NCBI GenBank assembly: GCA_964458565.1
Contig: CAYWJO010000006.1
Location: forward strand, 52,892 to 116,891
Length of the DNA: 64,000 nucleotides
Source of the DNA: an uncultured archaeon
GTDB lineage: Archaea > Asgardarchaeota > Thorarchaeia > Thorarchaeales > Thorarchaeaceae
Reading direction: 5' to 3'
The notes below the pieces were generated by a model that was given only the letters and a program-made list of their open reading frames with translations, searched no databases and had not been told where the DNA came from. The position numbers and the translations under genes were made by a program. Each line of letters begins with the position of its first letter. The stretch's first letter is position 1. Shown here piece after piece: positions 31,350 to 41,069 of this stretch.

Positions 31350-32355
31350 TAAACTCAGTTCTAGGATCTTCAACCTCAAGATGATGGGCAAATATCTCAC
31401 TGATTCCGATTTGAGAAAGGCATATGGAGAGTATAAAGAGTCCGAAGAGATGGCCATGCGACTCATTGTCAATTCATTACTTGGTGAAGGATGGCTAGTG
31501 AGTCTTTCAAGACCAACAACGATTGAGGACCTTGCTGAAGAGTATGGCTATACAAACCTGCATTTACTAAGGAGCATAATTACCCTTCTCGAATCTCAAG
31601 GAATAGTTGAGAAACAGAATAACGAGTATTCCATTCGTGAGATAGTAACCTCACCAATCAGACCTTCGGATATCGGAACGGCATTGGCAAACTTCTATTA
31701 CGACTGCGCTCAATTCCTTCCTGATGCACTAAAGGGGAATTTAGTACCAATAAACGATGTACCAAGAGTTGTGTTGGAGACCGTATTCGGTAGCACTCTT
31801 ACAGAAATAGGACGTGCTGTTCTCTTGCGTTCATTCTCAACGAAGAACACAAAGGATGTTGCAGTTGCAGCGTTTGCAGATGTTGGTCTACCCTTTGCTC
31901 TGAAGCAAATTAATGATATACTCAAACCTGAAAATATCCGGTTGTTCCTGAACGACTATCGGATGGTTACTCCATTGACCTCAATGATGAGACTTCTTGC
32001 TGATAGTGAGGTCAGGCAGAAAATTAGCACCCATCTTCTGGGAATTGAAACCAAATGGCAAGTTGATTTCTTCTATGGAGAGGAATTTTTTGCATATGAT
32101 CAAGATGCTGTTGATTCGAAAGTGAAAATGGTTTCCAATATTCTGAAACCAGGTGGAAGAGTTGTGACAAATGATCCAACTATTGACGCAACTGAAGTGA
32201 GTATAACTCCAGCTTATGTTCTCATGCAGACAATTGACGGATATCCTCAACCAATACCAAGGAATATACTAACCGAAGCATTCAAAGCTCATTCTCTGAA
32301 TACCCTTGCTATAGGTGGAAATTGGGTTATAGCAGAAAAAGGAGATGCAACCTAA
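31333..32355 (+). CDS. wHTH plus degenerate class I SAM-methyltransferase-fold protein
   Basis: N-terminal TIEDLAEEYG...LLESQGIV wHTH; C-terminal ILKPGGRVVTND but no GxGxG motif I. Overlaps both neighbours. Confidence 0.65.
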   Translation: MKKLPDKLSSRIFNLKMMGKYLTDSDLRKAYGEYKESEEMAMRLIVNSLLGEGWLVSLSRPTTIEDLAEEYGYTNLHLLRSIITLLESQGIVEKQNNEYSIREIVTSPIRPSDIGTALANFYYDCAQFLPDALKGNLVPINDVPRVVLETVFGSTLTEIGRAVLLRSFSTKNTKDVAVAAFADVGLPFALKQINDILKPENIRLFLNDYRMVTPLTSMMRLLADSEVRQKISTHLLGIETKWQVDFFYGEEFFAYDQDAVDSKVKMVSNILKPGGRVVTNDPTIDATEVSITPAYVLMQTIDGYPQPIPRNILTEAFKAHSLNTLAIGGNWVIAEKGDAT

Positions 32356-33071
32356 TGAGGCATGAAAGAACCGTAAGGGAAGTTTTTGTAATCCATAAAG
32401 GAGGAATACCGCTAGCCCATGTAGGAACTGGTCATGTAGAAGTAGATGATGCTCTATTGGGAGGTCTATTATCTGCAATTGATGATGTGGGAAGAAGTCT
32501 AGGGCTTGCAGATGCAGGTGCACTTGACACCATATCCTTCAGAGCTTATCAGATAATATACGTTGATACACTAACGAGCCTGGTAGTTCTTTTATCAAGC
32601 GCGGAAACCCCTGAGTTTTTTATAAAATCTAAAGATGAGTTGCAAGCTATTGGTAATGAGCTCGAGAAACAAGGTTTTCTGGAAGACACAGCCGCAAGGA
32701 GTTCGGAAGTGCTCTCCCAAATGACAAAGATAATTGCTAGTAAAGGTAGAACTATCTTTGCAAAACAACACGATGTTTTCTTTTGGGACGACGAGCATAC
32801 ATTTCAGTTAGTGAAAGGCCTTAACCGAAGGTGGGATGGGGATAATCTATTTCGAAATTACTTGTTACGTAGTCCCATCCTTGATGCACTCTCTGTAGGC
32901 TCAAAAACACTGCAAATCCTCTGCAATCAATTGGAAGAAATGCGACGTCCATCTGAAGTACTAAATCACTCTGAATTGAAAAAGAATGATCCAAGAATGA
33001 TAGAGGACACGATGCATTTCCTTCATATGCTGGGAATTGTACACTGTTTTGAATCTCGCATTGTGAGATAG
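32355..33071 (+). CDS. Longin/roadblock-like domain protein with C-terminal wHTH-like region
   Basis: VREVFVIHKGGIPLAH...DDALLGGLLSAIDDVGRSL; C-terminal MHFLHMLGIV; TAATG coupling to the upstream stop. Confidence 0.7.
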   Translation: MRHERTVREVFVIHKGGIPLAHVGTGHVEVDDALLGGLLSAIDDVGRSLGLADAGALDTISFRAYQIIYVDTLTSLVVLLSSAETPEFFIKSKDELQAIGNELEKQGFLEDTAARSSEVLSQMTKIIASKGRTIFAKQHDVFFWDDEHTFQLVKGLNRRWDGDNLFRNYLLRSPILDALSVGSKTLQILCNQLEEMRRPSEVLNHSELKKNDPRMIEDTMHFLHMLGIVHCFESRIVR

Positions 33072-33087
33072 TTTGGGGACTCAATAA

Positions 33088-33750
33088 ATGAGCAAACAGT
33101 CAGAATATGTTAGACGTACTTACTCGATAACTGCTCAGCGATATGATATGATCCTGAAGGCATACAAAGTACTTGGTGTCAATCTCGAGAGATGGAGATC
33201 TGATGCAATCGCGAAGCTTCCAAGTATATCATCAGCAAGATTACTTGATGTTGGTGTTGGCACGGGAAAGAATATTCCACATCTGATTTCACGTTATCCA
33301 GATTATCAAGAGATAGTTGGAATTGACTATACTCCAGCGATGCTGGTAAGAGGACAAAAACTCGTAAGAGATAATGAATGGGAGAAAGTTGGACTAGTTC
33401 TCGGTGATGCGAGAAGATTATCAGAGTACTTCACAGAGCCATTCGACCTAATTATATCTACATACTCCCTATCGATAATTCCCAATTCGCCGCTCGTTCT
33501 GAAAGAGATTAGAAAACTCATGAAGTCTGATACGTACTTACATCTCTTGGACTGTCAAAAATTCAAAGGTATCTTACGGATCTATAATCCATTGGCAATT
33601 TTACTCTCTACTCGATTGGGAGGAAGTAATGAGACATACTCGGTTCCTGTAAGTGATATATCCAGCAGGATGTTCAAGTCGATTTTTCGTAGAACATTCT
33701 ACGCAGGGTTATTCTATGAGGACCTGTACAACGGATCTAAGGTTTCCTGA
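33088..33750 (+). CDS. Class I SAM-dependent methyltransferase (PmtA/UbiE-like)
   Basis: LLDVGVGTG, GIDYTPAML, GDA and FDLIISTYSLSIIP. Confidence 0.88.
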   Translation: MSKQSEYVRRTYSITAQRYDMILKAYKVLGVNLERWRSDAIAKLPSISSARLLDVGVGTGKNIPHLISRYPDYQEIVGIDYTPAMLVRGQKLVRDNEWEKVGLVLGDARRLSEYFTEPFDLIISTYSLSIIPNSPLVLKEIRKLMKSDTYLHLLDCQKFKGILRIYNPLAILLSTRLGGSNETYSVPVSDISSRMFKSIFRRTFYAGLFYEDLYNGSKVS

Positions 33751-34531
33751 AAATAAAGAGATGATATCCGATATTTCCATTGTCAATCTGTTCCTGAATT
33801 CTTGAGATAATAGCTTGTGCTTCTGAAAGGATGTTTTTTGCTTCGGGTTTTCCAGTCGCTTGAAGAATATCTGCATTTCTTGCAGCTCTATTGACTAAAT
33901 CAACAAGGAGGCTAGTATAATCCTCAATCTCCAACATGATGAATCCTTCTTTCTCTAGCAATTCTTGATACTGTTCTTTTGAGAACGCATCCGCAACACA
34001 CAGCGCTCTACCAATCAGATTTTGCAGTTTCTCATCTAGAAGTGTCCGATCTTCAATAGTAACATCATTCAGTCCAAATATTCCGTTATCCTTCAATACC
34101 CTATGAATTTCTTTGACAGCAATCTCCTTATCGGGAAATGTACAGAGAGAACACTCACTATAGGCACCTGTAAAAGTTTCACTCTCATAGGGAATAGTAC
34201 TTGCAAAAGCTTGCTTGAAACCAACGTAGTCAACATTAGTCAATGAGGTAAGTTTCGCATTGGCTTTTTCTATCATGAGAGGGCTTGCATCAATACCGTT
34301 AACAGCACATCCGAATTTTCTAGACAGGAAAATTGCAGTTGTTCCTTCTCCACATGCAATGTCAAGTATGACATCTTCCGTTCCAACCCCCATTTTTTCA
34401 GCCATAAGAGCGCTTAATGCCAATCCTCCGGGATGAAGCATTCCATCCAAGAGTTTCAGGATAAGAGGGTGACTGTAAATATCAGTACAGCACTTAGAAA
34501 CTAATGCCTCATCAGGATTGATTTTGACCAT
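33737..34531 (-). CDS. SAM-dependent methyltransferase, ArsM/DVU_1556-like (Cys-containing)
   Basis: KCC, HPGGLAL, ILDIACGEG, ECSLCTFPDK and LCVADA. Confidence 0.85.
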   Translation of the reverse strand: MVKINPDEALVSKCCTDIYSHPLILKLLDGMLHPGGLALSALMAEKMGVGTEDVILDIACGEGTTAIFLSRKFGCAVNGIDASPLMIEKANAKLTSLTNVDYVGFKQAFASTIPYESETFTGAYSECSLCTFPDKEIAVKEIHRVLKDNGIFGLNDVTIEDRTLLDEKLQNLIGRALCVADAFSKEQYQELLEKEGFIMLEIEDYTSLLVDLVNRAARNADILQATGKPEAKNILSEAQAIISRIQEQIDNGNIGYHLFIFRKP

Positions 34532-34538
34532 CTCAGTA

Positions 34539-35849
34539 TCACTTCCGTTTATTGTGTAGTAGATTGTAATTGCAGAAGGGAATCATTTTACCATCAGGCT
34601 GCACGACATGAATACAGCATTTCTGAGCACGCTCAAGCTGATATGTGTTGGTATCCATAAATGCATGAACTGCGATTGTTTTCACAGTACTTCCCATAAT
34701 GTCATGTACTGATATTCCACAGGCCTCACAGAACGATCCCGTTGTTTTTTCTGTTCCAGGAACTGCACTAGTAGAGAAAAGCGATGAAAATGATTCATCT
34801 TGAAGAATAGAGGAACTAACGAGTGTTCTGTCTTTCCCATAGTCAATGTATTCATCAACATTAACTATCTCGGTCAATGGTTTTACTTCCTCAGTGTCGT
34901 TATCTATAAGAACGTAGGATATAGCAGTACAATGCGGATGGGGACATGGGATTGGGCGAAATTCAGATATCTTATGATTTCCGTTAGTCTGTGATTCAAT
35001 CATCGTTAGAATTTCATATACACCCAGAGTTTTCAATTCCTCCAAATCAACACGGCCAGTGATACTAATAGGTTGGAAGTTGATTCCGAAAACACTTGGT
35101 TGTTTCATAGCGAAAGTGACGAACTCACCAATTTCATCATGGTTCAAATCCCTGATTATAGTTGGGACAAGTACTGTTGTAAGACCAAGTTCATTGCATC
35201 TGTCTACAACCGCAAGTTTTTCATTCAGAAGGTCGCGTCCACGCATCGATTTGTATACTTCAGGCCTGAAGGAATCAAATTGAAGATATATCACAGCACC
35301 GACTCGCGCTAATTCTTTGGCGAAGTCCTCCTCCATCAACTTGATTCCATTTGTTGAAATAACTACATCTTCTATCTCAAGCATTTTAGCGTATTCTATT
35401 ATCTCGATGATGTTTGGATGGAGTGTTGGTTCACCACCACTCAATTGCAGAATTTCAGGATTCGTTTCATATGAAACAAACGCATCGATCATAGAAGTTA
35501 TTGTTTCCAATGGCAGATGTCCACTAAAAGGAGCGTCTGCAAAGCATACGTTACATGTAAGGTTACATTCACCAGTTATCTCTATGATACCAACACAGGA
35601 ATGCTGTTTATGAGATGGACAAATGCCACAGTCATCTGGGCATCCACGTTCGACTGAACTTGACCAGCGGAATGGTGAACTTCCAGGACGGTTATATTTC
35701 ATTGCCCAATTCCAATAATTAGAGTCAGCTGACACCAATATTCTCTCAATACCATGTTCGGGGCAGCTCTTCTCTAAGTAAACACGACCATCTTCGACTA
35801 TCTCCTTTGACTCAATCAAATGTCCACATTTCGAACAAATACTAGCCAT
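34539..35849 (-). CDS. Radical SAM protein of the MJ0619/Tes (GDGT-MAS)/TrsS-like family
   Basis: N-terminal CSKC...CPEHG, GCPDDCGICPSH, CNLTCNVC, LSGGEPTLHP, YLQFD, NFQP and C-terminal CCIH...DGKMIPFCNYN. Confidence 0.88.
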   Translation of the reverse strand: MASICSKCGHLIESKEIVEDGRVYLEKSCPEHGIERILVSADSNYWNWAMKYNRPGSSPFRWSSSVERGCPDDCGICPSHKQHSCVGIIEITGECNLTCNVCFADAPFSGHLPLETITSMIDAFVSYETNPEILQLSGGEPTLHPNIIEIIEYAKMLEIEDVVISTNGIKLMEEDFAKELARVGAVIYLQFDSFRPEVYKSMRGRDLLNEKLAVVDRCNELGLTTVLVPTIIRDLNHDEIGEFVTFAMKQPSVFGINFQPISITGRVDLEELKTLGVYEILTMIESQTNGNHKISEFRPIPCPHPHCTAISYVLIDNDTEEVKPLTEIVNVDEYIDYGKDRTLVSSSILQDESFSSLFSTSAVPGTEKTTGSFCEACGISVHDIMGSTVKTIAVHAFMDTNTYQLERAQKCCIHVVQPDGKMIPFCNYNLLHNKRK

Positions 35850-35949
35850 CTTGCAAATCGAAGCTCCATGAATTACTATACAATAGTATGATTCAACTGC
35901 TTAGCCACTTAAGTCTTAGAGTACGACACCACCTCTACAATAGGATGTA

Positions 35950-36945
35950 CTATCCTCTTCGACTCCATCCAAAAGACGCAACAGCAAGAAGCACAATGAC
36001 ACCGATACCGACACCATCTATCATGAGTTCAGATGAGGGAAGGTTAGTTGGACTTGGTTCAGTTGTCGTTGTTGTTATGTTGGGAGAGTTCCATCCGGAT
36101 AAGCAAGCAACTAACCACCAAAAAGCTCTCCCTTTCTGTTCGCAGCTTGTGTATGTAGTGTGCCCTGCTTGATCCCCATTGAAATCAGGGTGTTCAAGAG
36201 GTATCTGGAATGTCACAGTACCGTTATCATATTCATAGGTGTTTAGCTCTCCATCACTCCAACAATCCAAATCTGCAAAGTCGAAAAGCACCTTGTTATT
36301 CTCTCTGCAGTAATCTCGAATAATCTCATTATTCAACCAGCGATTGTATCCATCTGATCCAGCAGCTTGAGCATTACCTGTCATGTATACAAAAGTGATG
36401 TCAGGATTTGCGGATTCGAGAGAAGACATTGCTGAAAGGTATTGCTCCACTTGACTACTAGAGTAGTAGTTCAGCTGGGTACACCATGACCACAGACTAA
36501 CACTCAATGTAGGATTGTTATCAATTGTATCCTGAGTGATATCAAGACCGTCTTGGGATTCCCAATATAGCTCTGGTGTGATGTAACTGTGAGGCGGATT
36601 CCCATCAAGAATACACAGAGCACCAGATTCAGTAGGTAGAGTTCCACTTCCCTGCGCTTGGCTGTATGATATGTTTGCACTCTCCAGTCGGGAAAGGCCC
36701 GTTGTAATCTGACTGCCATGACTTGTATGTGCATAATGTATTCTGACATTCTCTTTTGCAGAATTGATGTGGTTCTGAGGAATAGAGTCCAGATTCACAC
36801 AAGAATGATCGATTGTTGGAGCATGTGTTGTTTGAAGGTCATCTAAAACCTCCGATCTAGGGAAAATCGCTGAAACAGAGATAGTACCGGTTACAACAAA
36901 GAAAAAAGCAATACAGAAAGCAATGGCTCTATGTTGGCGCGACAT
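35950..36945 (-). CDS. Secreted, C-terminally anchored hydrolase-like (SGNH-like) protein
   Basis: Signal peptide, YAHTSHGSQI, WSWC, YMTG, LFDFAD, Thr linker and TM. Confidence 0.7.
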   Translation of the reverse strand: MSRQHRAIAFCIAFFFVVTGTISVSAIFPRSEVLDDLQTTHAPTIDHSCVNLDSIPQNHINSAKENVRIHYAHTSHGSQITTGLSRLESANISYSQAQGSGTLPTESGALCILDGNPPHSYITPELYWESQDGLDITQDTIDNNPTLSVSLWSWCTQLNYYSSSQVEQYLSAMSSLESANPDITFVYMTGNAQAAGSDGYNRWLNNEIIRDYCRENNKVLFDFADLDCWSDGELNTYEYDNGTVTFQIPLEHPDFNGDQAGHTTYTSCEQKGRAFWWLVACLSGWNSPNITTTTTEPSPTNLPSSELMIDGVGIGVIVLLAVASFGWSRRG

Positions 36946-37180
36946 AGTTTCCTCTCCAATATTTGTTGTCTTGGTAGAAGAGTAAAAGTACAAAGTTCTT
37001 TCGGAGATAGATAATGACTTGAACTAACGGAATTGATTATGAATTAATCCCTCTGAAATTGTTGTCGCCGCCTCATTCCAACCAACGACTCGATTATGAT
37101 GCGTTTTTCATTAAGATAAATGGGTTATAGTTCTCAGGTCTTTTCTTTATTTCAAGGAAAAATCAGAATTACGTCTCAGT

Positions 37181-37210
37181 AAAAAGAGGTGGGAGGTAAA
37201 GATACCTCCC
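37181..37210 (-). terminator. Stem-loop plus U-tract terminator
   Basis: GGGAGGTA-AAGA-TACCTCCC perfect 8-bp stem with AAAAA to its left (U-tract on the minus strand), directly after the 37210 stop. Confidence 0.7.
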
Positions 37211-39087
37211 TAGGTGGATTTACGCGTGGCATTGATTCGGACGCAGACAACAGATGTTGCTACAATCCCAACCACACCCAATGAAATGGATGCGAGCATA
37301 ACGATATCCATCAGACCCCCAACTACAGCAGGTGCGGTACCAGGAAATACCATGAAAATGGGATCGTGAGTGATGGAATAACCACTCCACTCACTATAGC
37401 AGGAACTATAGTAGTAGCTACTCATAGACCAATAGTAATCAATCGCTCCAGCAGGGGCGGCCTCGCCAGCTGGCTGTGGAGCGGCATTAGTTTCCGCAGG
37501 AAGAATATCCATTGCATAGAAGTACATTGGCATGACTGCAGTACCGACTTCATAGGTGCCCCCATCCTTACCCCATAGATAGGTACCTCCAAACTCTATT
37601 GAAGTTCGTAACTCATCCGCTTCGTTGAATAAAAGTTTACCATCAGGCGCAGGTGCAGCTGATGAAACTGAGTTAGTATCACTGTAAGCGGTTCCATCCG
37701 ATAGTTCACCAGTTATTGAATAGCTTGAGAAAGTACTCCAATAGTTTATTGTCATACCAAGTCCATCTAGCTCCGGGATTGGGTTGTGAGTGGTAGGGTC
37801 ACTAAAATCACCAATATGCTGGTCAATCTTTAAGACTGCAGCCTCATCACTGAGTTCAAATCTGTATACCATTTCCAGACTGTCCACAAGAACTGGAATT
37901 GTCTCAGGCTCTTCATATGGCATCATAATCTCGACATTGCAGTAATCATAGCAAGGCATGATGGGGTATGGCATAATTTCATAGAGGTTTCCTTCGACAT
38001 CCACAACTTCAGCGCTCCATTCAATCTGTGAGTCCTCATTTAGTGTTGGTACTTGTATTTCACCAAGTGTCGCACTAGAGCTATAGAAATCATAGAGTAA
38101 CTCAGAGGCATTATAATCAATCTCGCGACTGATGAAATCTGTAACATTGTCGCCATTCCAATCGTAGGGTACTTCATGATAGACTATATCCATAATACCA
38201 TTATCATTAGTATCATTGAAGATGTTCATTCCAGAGAAATAATGTTCCATCCACTGTGTATGATTCTCGGATGAATACATCTCGGTCACATCATAACCAA
38301 ACCAGCTATATTCACCATCATACTCGTATTCATAAGATCCGTTCATATATGAAGCCCATTGATATTCTGGTGCAAGATTGGGAATGACTAGGTTAGAATC
38401 AATCGCATTATATTCCTCATCATACCAAGTATAGTTAGTGAAGTAGTAGTCATAATAATCAGACCATTGGTAATAGAATGAGGAATAAACGAATACTTCG
38501 TCACCAGAAAGACCTGTTAAATCTGTATTCCAGAAAATACCCCAGATATCGTTCACAGGACCTTGACTAGCAAGATTCGCAATATAGGATGCATCAGGAT
38601 CAAGAATTAGTGTGACTAGTAGATTTGTTGATGCCCACTCATTCTCCCACTCGGACACATAGTCCTCATATATCCAATATCCGGTTCCGTTGTTGTCCTC
38701 TACATAATAATACCAACCGAATCCATAATCTGCAACACCTGTTTCTGGAACGTCCGGCATTGGATAAGGAGAAGTATCTTGACCAGGTACAAAAGATGTT
38801 GTTGGTCTAGGTACAGTGGATCCTGGTTCAATCCATGTTGTATATGGTAGTGTGGTGGGATATGGCCAAGTTGGATACACTACATCATCCGAGGAATAAT
38901 ATCCAGAGTTGTTTTGAAGTTCATACGCTACATAGACTCCACGAAGCATCTCTTCAAATGGCTCAACAATCTGTGCTCCTTCATAAGGGAAGATGTCGAA
39001 CGCCATCGAAAAACTTGGTAGGGCACCGAGGGTGACTAGACCTACGAGCATTCCGAGCGCAATAAGTTGGTTTTTACGTGCATTCAT
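37210..39087 (-). CDS. Acidic Tyr/Trp-rich surface glycoprotein, C-terminally anchored
   Basis: Signal peptide, FNDTNDNGIMD and DWNGD Ca-binding-like motifs, ITHDP before the C-terminal TM, many NxS/T sequons. Confidence 0.8.
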   Translation of the reverse strand: MNARKNQLIALGMLVGLVTLGALPSFSMAFDIFPYEGAQIVEPFEEMLRGVYVAYELQNNSGYYSSDDVVYPTWPYPTTLPYTTWIEPGSTVPRPTTSFVPGQDTSPYPMPDVPETGVADYGFGWYYYVEDNNGTGYWIYEDYVSEWENEWASTNLLVTLILDPDASYIANLASQGPVNDIWGIFWNTDLTGLSGDEVFVYSSFYYQWSDYYDYYFTNYTWYDEEYNAIDSNLVIPNLAPEYQWASYMNGSYEYEYDGEYSWFGYDVTEMYSSENHTQWMEHYFSGMNIFNDTNDNGIMDIVYHEVPYDWNGDNVTDFISREIDYNASELLYDFYSSSATLGEIQVPTLNEDSQIEWSAEVVDVEGNLYEIMPYPIMPCYDYCNVEIMMPYEEPETIPVLVDSLEMVYRFELSDEAAVLKIDQHIGDFSDPTTHNPIPELDGLGMTINYWSTFSSYSITGELSDGTAYSDTNSVSSAAPAPDGKLLFNEADELRTSIEFGGTYLWGKDGGTYEVGTAVMPMYFYAMDILPAETNAAPQPAGEAAPAGAIDYYWSMSSYYYSSCYSEWSGYSITHDPIFMVFPGTAPAVVGGLMDIVMLASISLGVVGIVATSVVCVRINATRKST

Positions 39088-39272
39088 GTTTCATCAAATC
39101 CTAGAACATAGGAATATGATTTGATGCAGGACTTCAATCATATTAGAATCCTATCTGTGAACCGTTCAGGGATGATCCAATACAACAGGACTCCCATCTT
39201 TAGAACACCAATAGAGCCTTATGAGTGTCCACGATCGTTCGAAAACCATCCATAATCCCTTAGTTCATGAAA

Positions 39273-39761
39273 TCAGCGAGGAACATTCTTTACGAGTGAT
39301 ACTATCTTCGTACGCCCACTTGTGATGCGTTCTATCACAGATTTTCGCTCGAGCCCACTAAGGGTAACACTAAGAGTCGATTTGCTAAGACCTGTAGCAC
39401 GTCTAAGTTCATCTTGTGCCATCTCCCCATTATGCTCCTCAAGTCTATTGATTATCCGGCGTTCGATATTTGTAAGGGTTATGACAATGATTTCGGGCTC
39501 AAGGGGAGTTTGCTCAACATTGCTTGCAATTACGTCCTCTAGCTGGGTTATTCGTCTCTGCATTCGCAACACAACGAGAACTACTACGTTGATAATGAGC
39601 ACCATAGATATTACCAGAGCAATCGTGGCCGCGAGATATATCACCTCTCTAGCAATAGGCATGGCCAACATCCAGATCCAGATAGAAATCACAAGGGTAG
39701 TCACTGCTACAATGACGAGAATAATGTCAGTGCGTATGCCAATTGTTCTCTTCTCAGTCAT
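39273..39761 (-). CDS. Membrane-anchored winged-helix transcriptional regulator
   Basis: Two TM helices, then LTNIERRII...GEMAQDELRRATGLSKSTLSVTLSGLERKSVIER...GRTKIV. Confidence 0.85.
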   Translation of the reverse strand: MTEKRTIGIRTDIILVIVAVTTLVISIWIWMLAMPIAREVIYLAATIALVISMVLIINVVVLVVLRMQRRITQLEDVIASNVEQTPLEPEIIVITLTNIERRIINRLEEHNGEMAQDELRRATGLSKSTLSVTLSGLERKSVIERITSGRTKIVSLVKNVPR

Positions 39762-39783
39762 TGTGATACTTCCATCAATGGAC

Positions 39784-40299
39784 TCAATTATTTCTGGACT
39801 TCATCCAATCTCTGCCGAGAGCGGCTAACTGCCCGGTGTGATAGCTAAGGTGGCTAAACATGTTCGATATAACTTCGTATACTGTCATCCCAACAAAAAA
39901 GTTTGGGGCGGTTCCTTCTTCAATAACCCGTTTAAAATCGGATTCTGATTCGGACTGAGCCCATTCCAGTATGGCGAGCTCTCCAGAATCATAGTAATCC
40001 TGGATCTCTTCATATGAGATGCCGGACCATTCTCCTTCTGTACCCGGGCGATATAGACCAAAGAGTTCTGTATTAACAGGAGTTTCTTGTTTTATTAGTA
40101 CATTAAGAGAGAAATCAAAGACTGCTGCTTGATGAGCAAGAACCCATCCAAACTCAGACATACCGGTACTAGGACGATATGAAAGATCATCTAATCCTGT
40201 CTCCTTGATTCTGGAAATCACGTCTTCCCTCCACGTTCTAACAGCTTTCAGTCCAGCCTGTATGAAATCTATATCGGACATAGAGATAGCGGTATGCAA
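39784..40299 (-). CDS. DinB family protein
   Basis: GWVLAH...HLSYHTGQL histidine triad. Confidence 0.82.
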   Translation of the reverse strand: MHTAISMSDIDFIQAGLKAVRTWREDVISRIKETGLDDLSYRPSTGMSEFGWVLAHQAAVFDFSLNVLIKQETPVNTELFGLYRPGTEGEWSGISYEEIQDYYDSGELAILEWAQSESESDFKRVIEEGTAPNFFVGMTVYEVISNMFSHLSYHTGQLAALGRDWMKSRNN

Positions 40300-40383
40300 T
40301 ATTGCACAAGTACCTTTGGTACAGAGTCACTACTTCCGAAAATTGTATATGGTTATAGACAAGAGAAGTTATGAGGACGCGTA

Positions 40384-40746
40384 ATGTCAACACCGATAAG
40401 TGGACAACTCTCAGAGAAAGAGCTTCGTGAACTCAAGAGGCTGAAACTAGTTAGGGAGGCTCTAGACGAGCTAAAGCGGAGAGGGATTGATGCTGATATG
40501 CCAATTTGTCCACATTGTAAGAGCCACCGACTGGTTGATCTTACATCGTATTTTGATTTAGGCTATATTGGAAGTTTCCATCCTGCACTCTATTGCCTTG
40601 ATTGTGGGTGGTATGGAAGAATCAAATTTATCATGTCAAATAGACCTGAACACAGTGCAGTTCTTGATGATTTACGGCATGCATTCTCTCATCTACTTGA
40701 AGAGAGTTTAGCAATTCCAGATGATGAATTTATAGATGGCATCTAG
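40384..40746 (+). CDS. Zn-ribbon protein
   Basis: CPHCKS...YCLDCGWYG; GAGG RBS. Confidence 0.75.
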   Translation: MSTPISGQLSEKELRELKRLKLVREALDELKRRGIDADMPICPHCKSHRLVDLTSYFDLGYIGSFHPALYCLDCGWYGRIKFIMSNRPEHSAVLDDLRHAFSHLLEESLAIPDDEFIDGI

Positions 40747-41039
40747 GACCTACGATCGGTTCGTTCAAGCTCTAATACGACTGGATTAAATGCATCAGGG
40801 CATGCATGAGTTGCCTTGCATTGGTCTTCAACCCAAGGGAAGTATGAGTTATGCATCATAGCAAACACCTTTGGCATGATTGAATATAGAATAGATACAC
40901 AGATTTTTCCCTTTACTTCATCGTGTGTGAAAAGAATCTCATCGCCCACTTTGTGTCCTAATGCACAGTGGCCATCCTGTTTTATCACTCTGCAGAGAAC
41001 ATTCCATGGGTCTTTTCTAATACATTTGTCATCGGTCAT
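40743..41039 (-). CDS. TIGR04076 family protein
   Basis: GHCALGHKVGDEI...KIC...ACPDAFNPVVLELER. Confidence 0.82.
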   Translation of the reverse strand: MTDDKCIRKDPWNVLCRVIKQDGHCALGHKVGDEILFTHDEVKGKICVSILYSIMPKVFAMMHNSYFPWVEDQCKATHACPDAFNPVVLELERTDRRS

Positions 41040-41069
41040 AATGGATGATTAAGAATCGCGACTCTTAAT

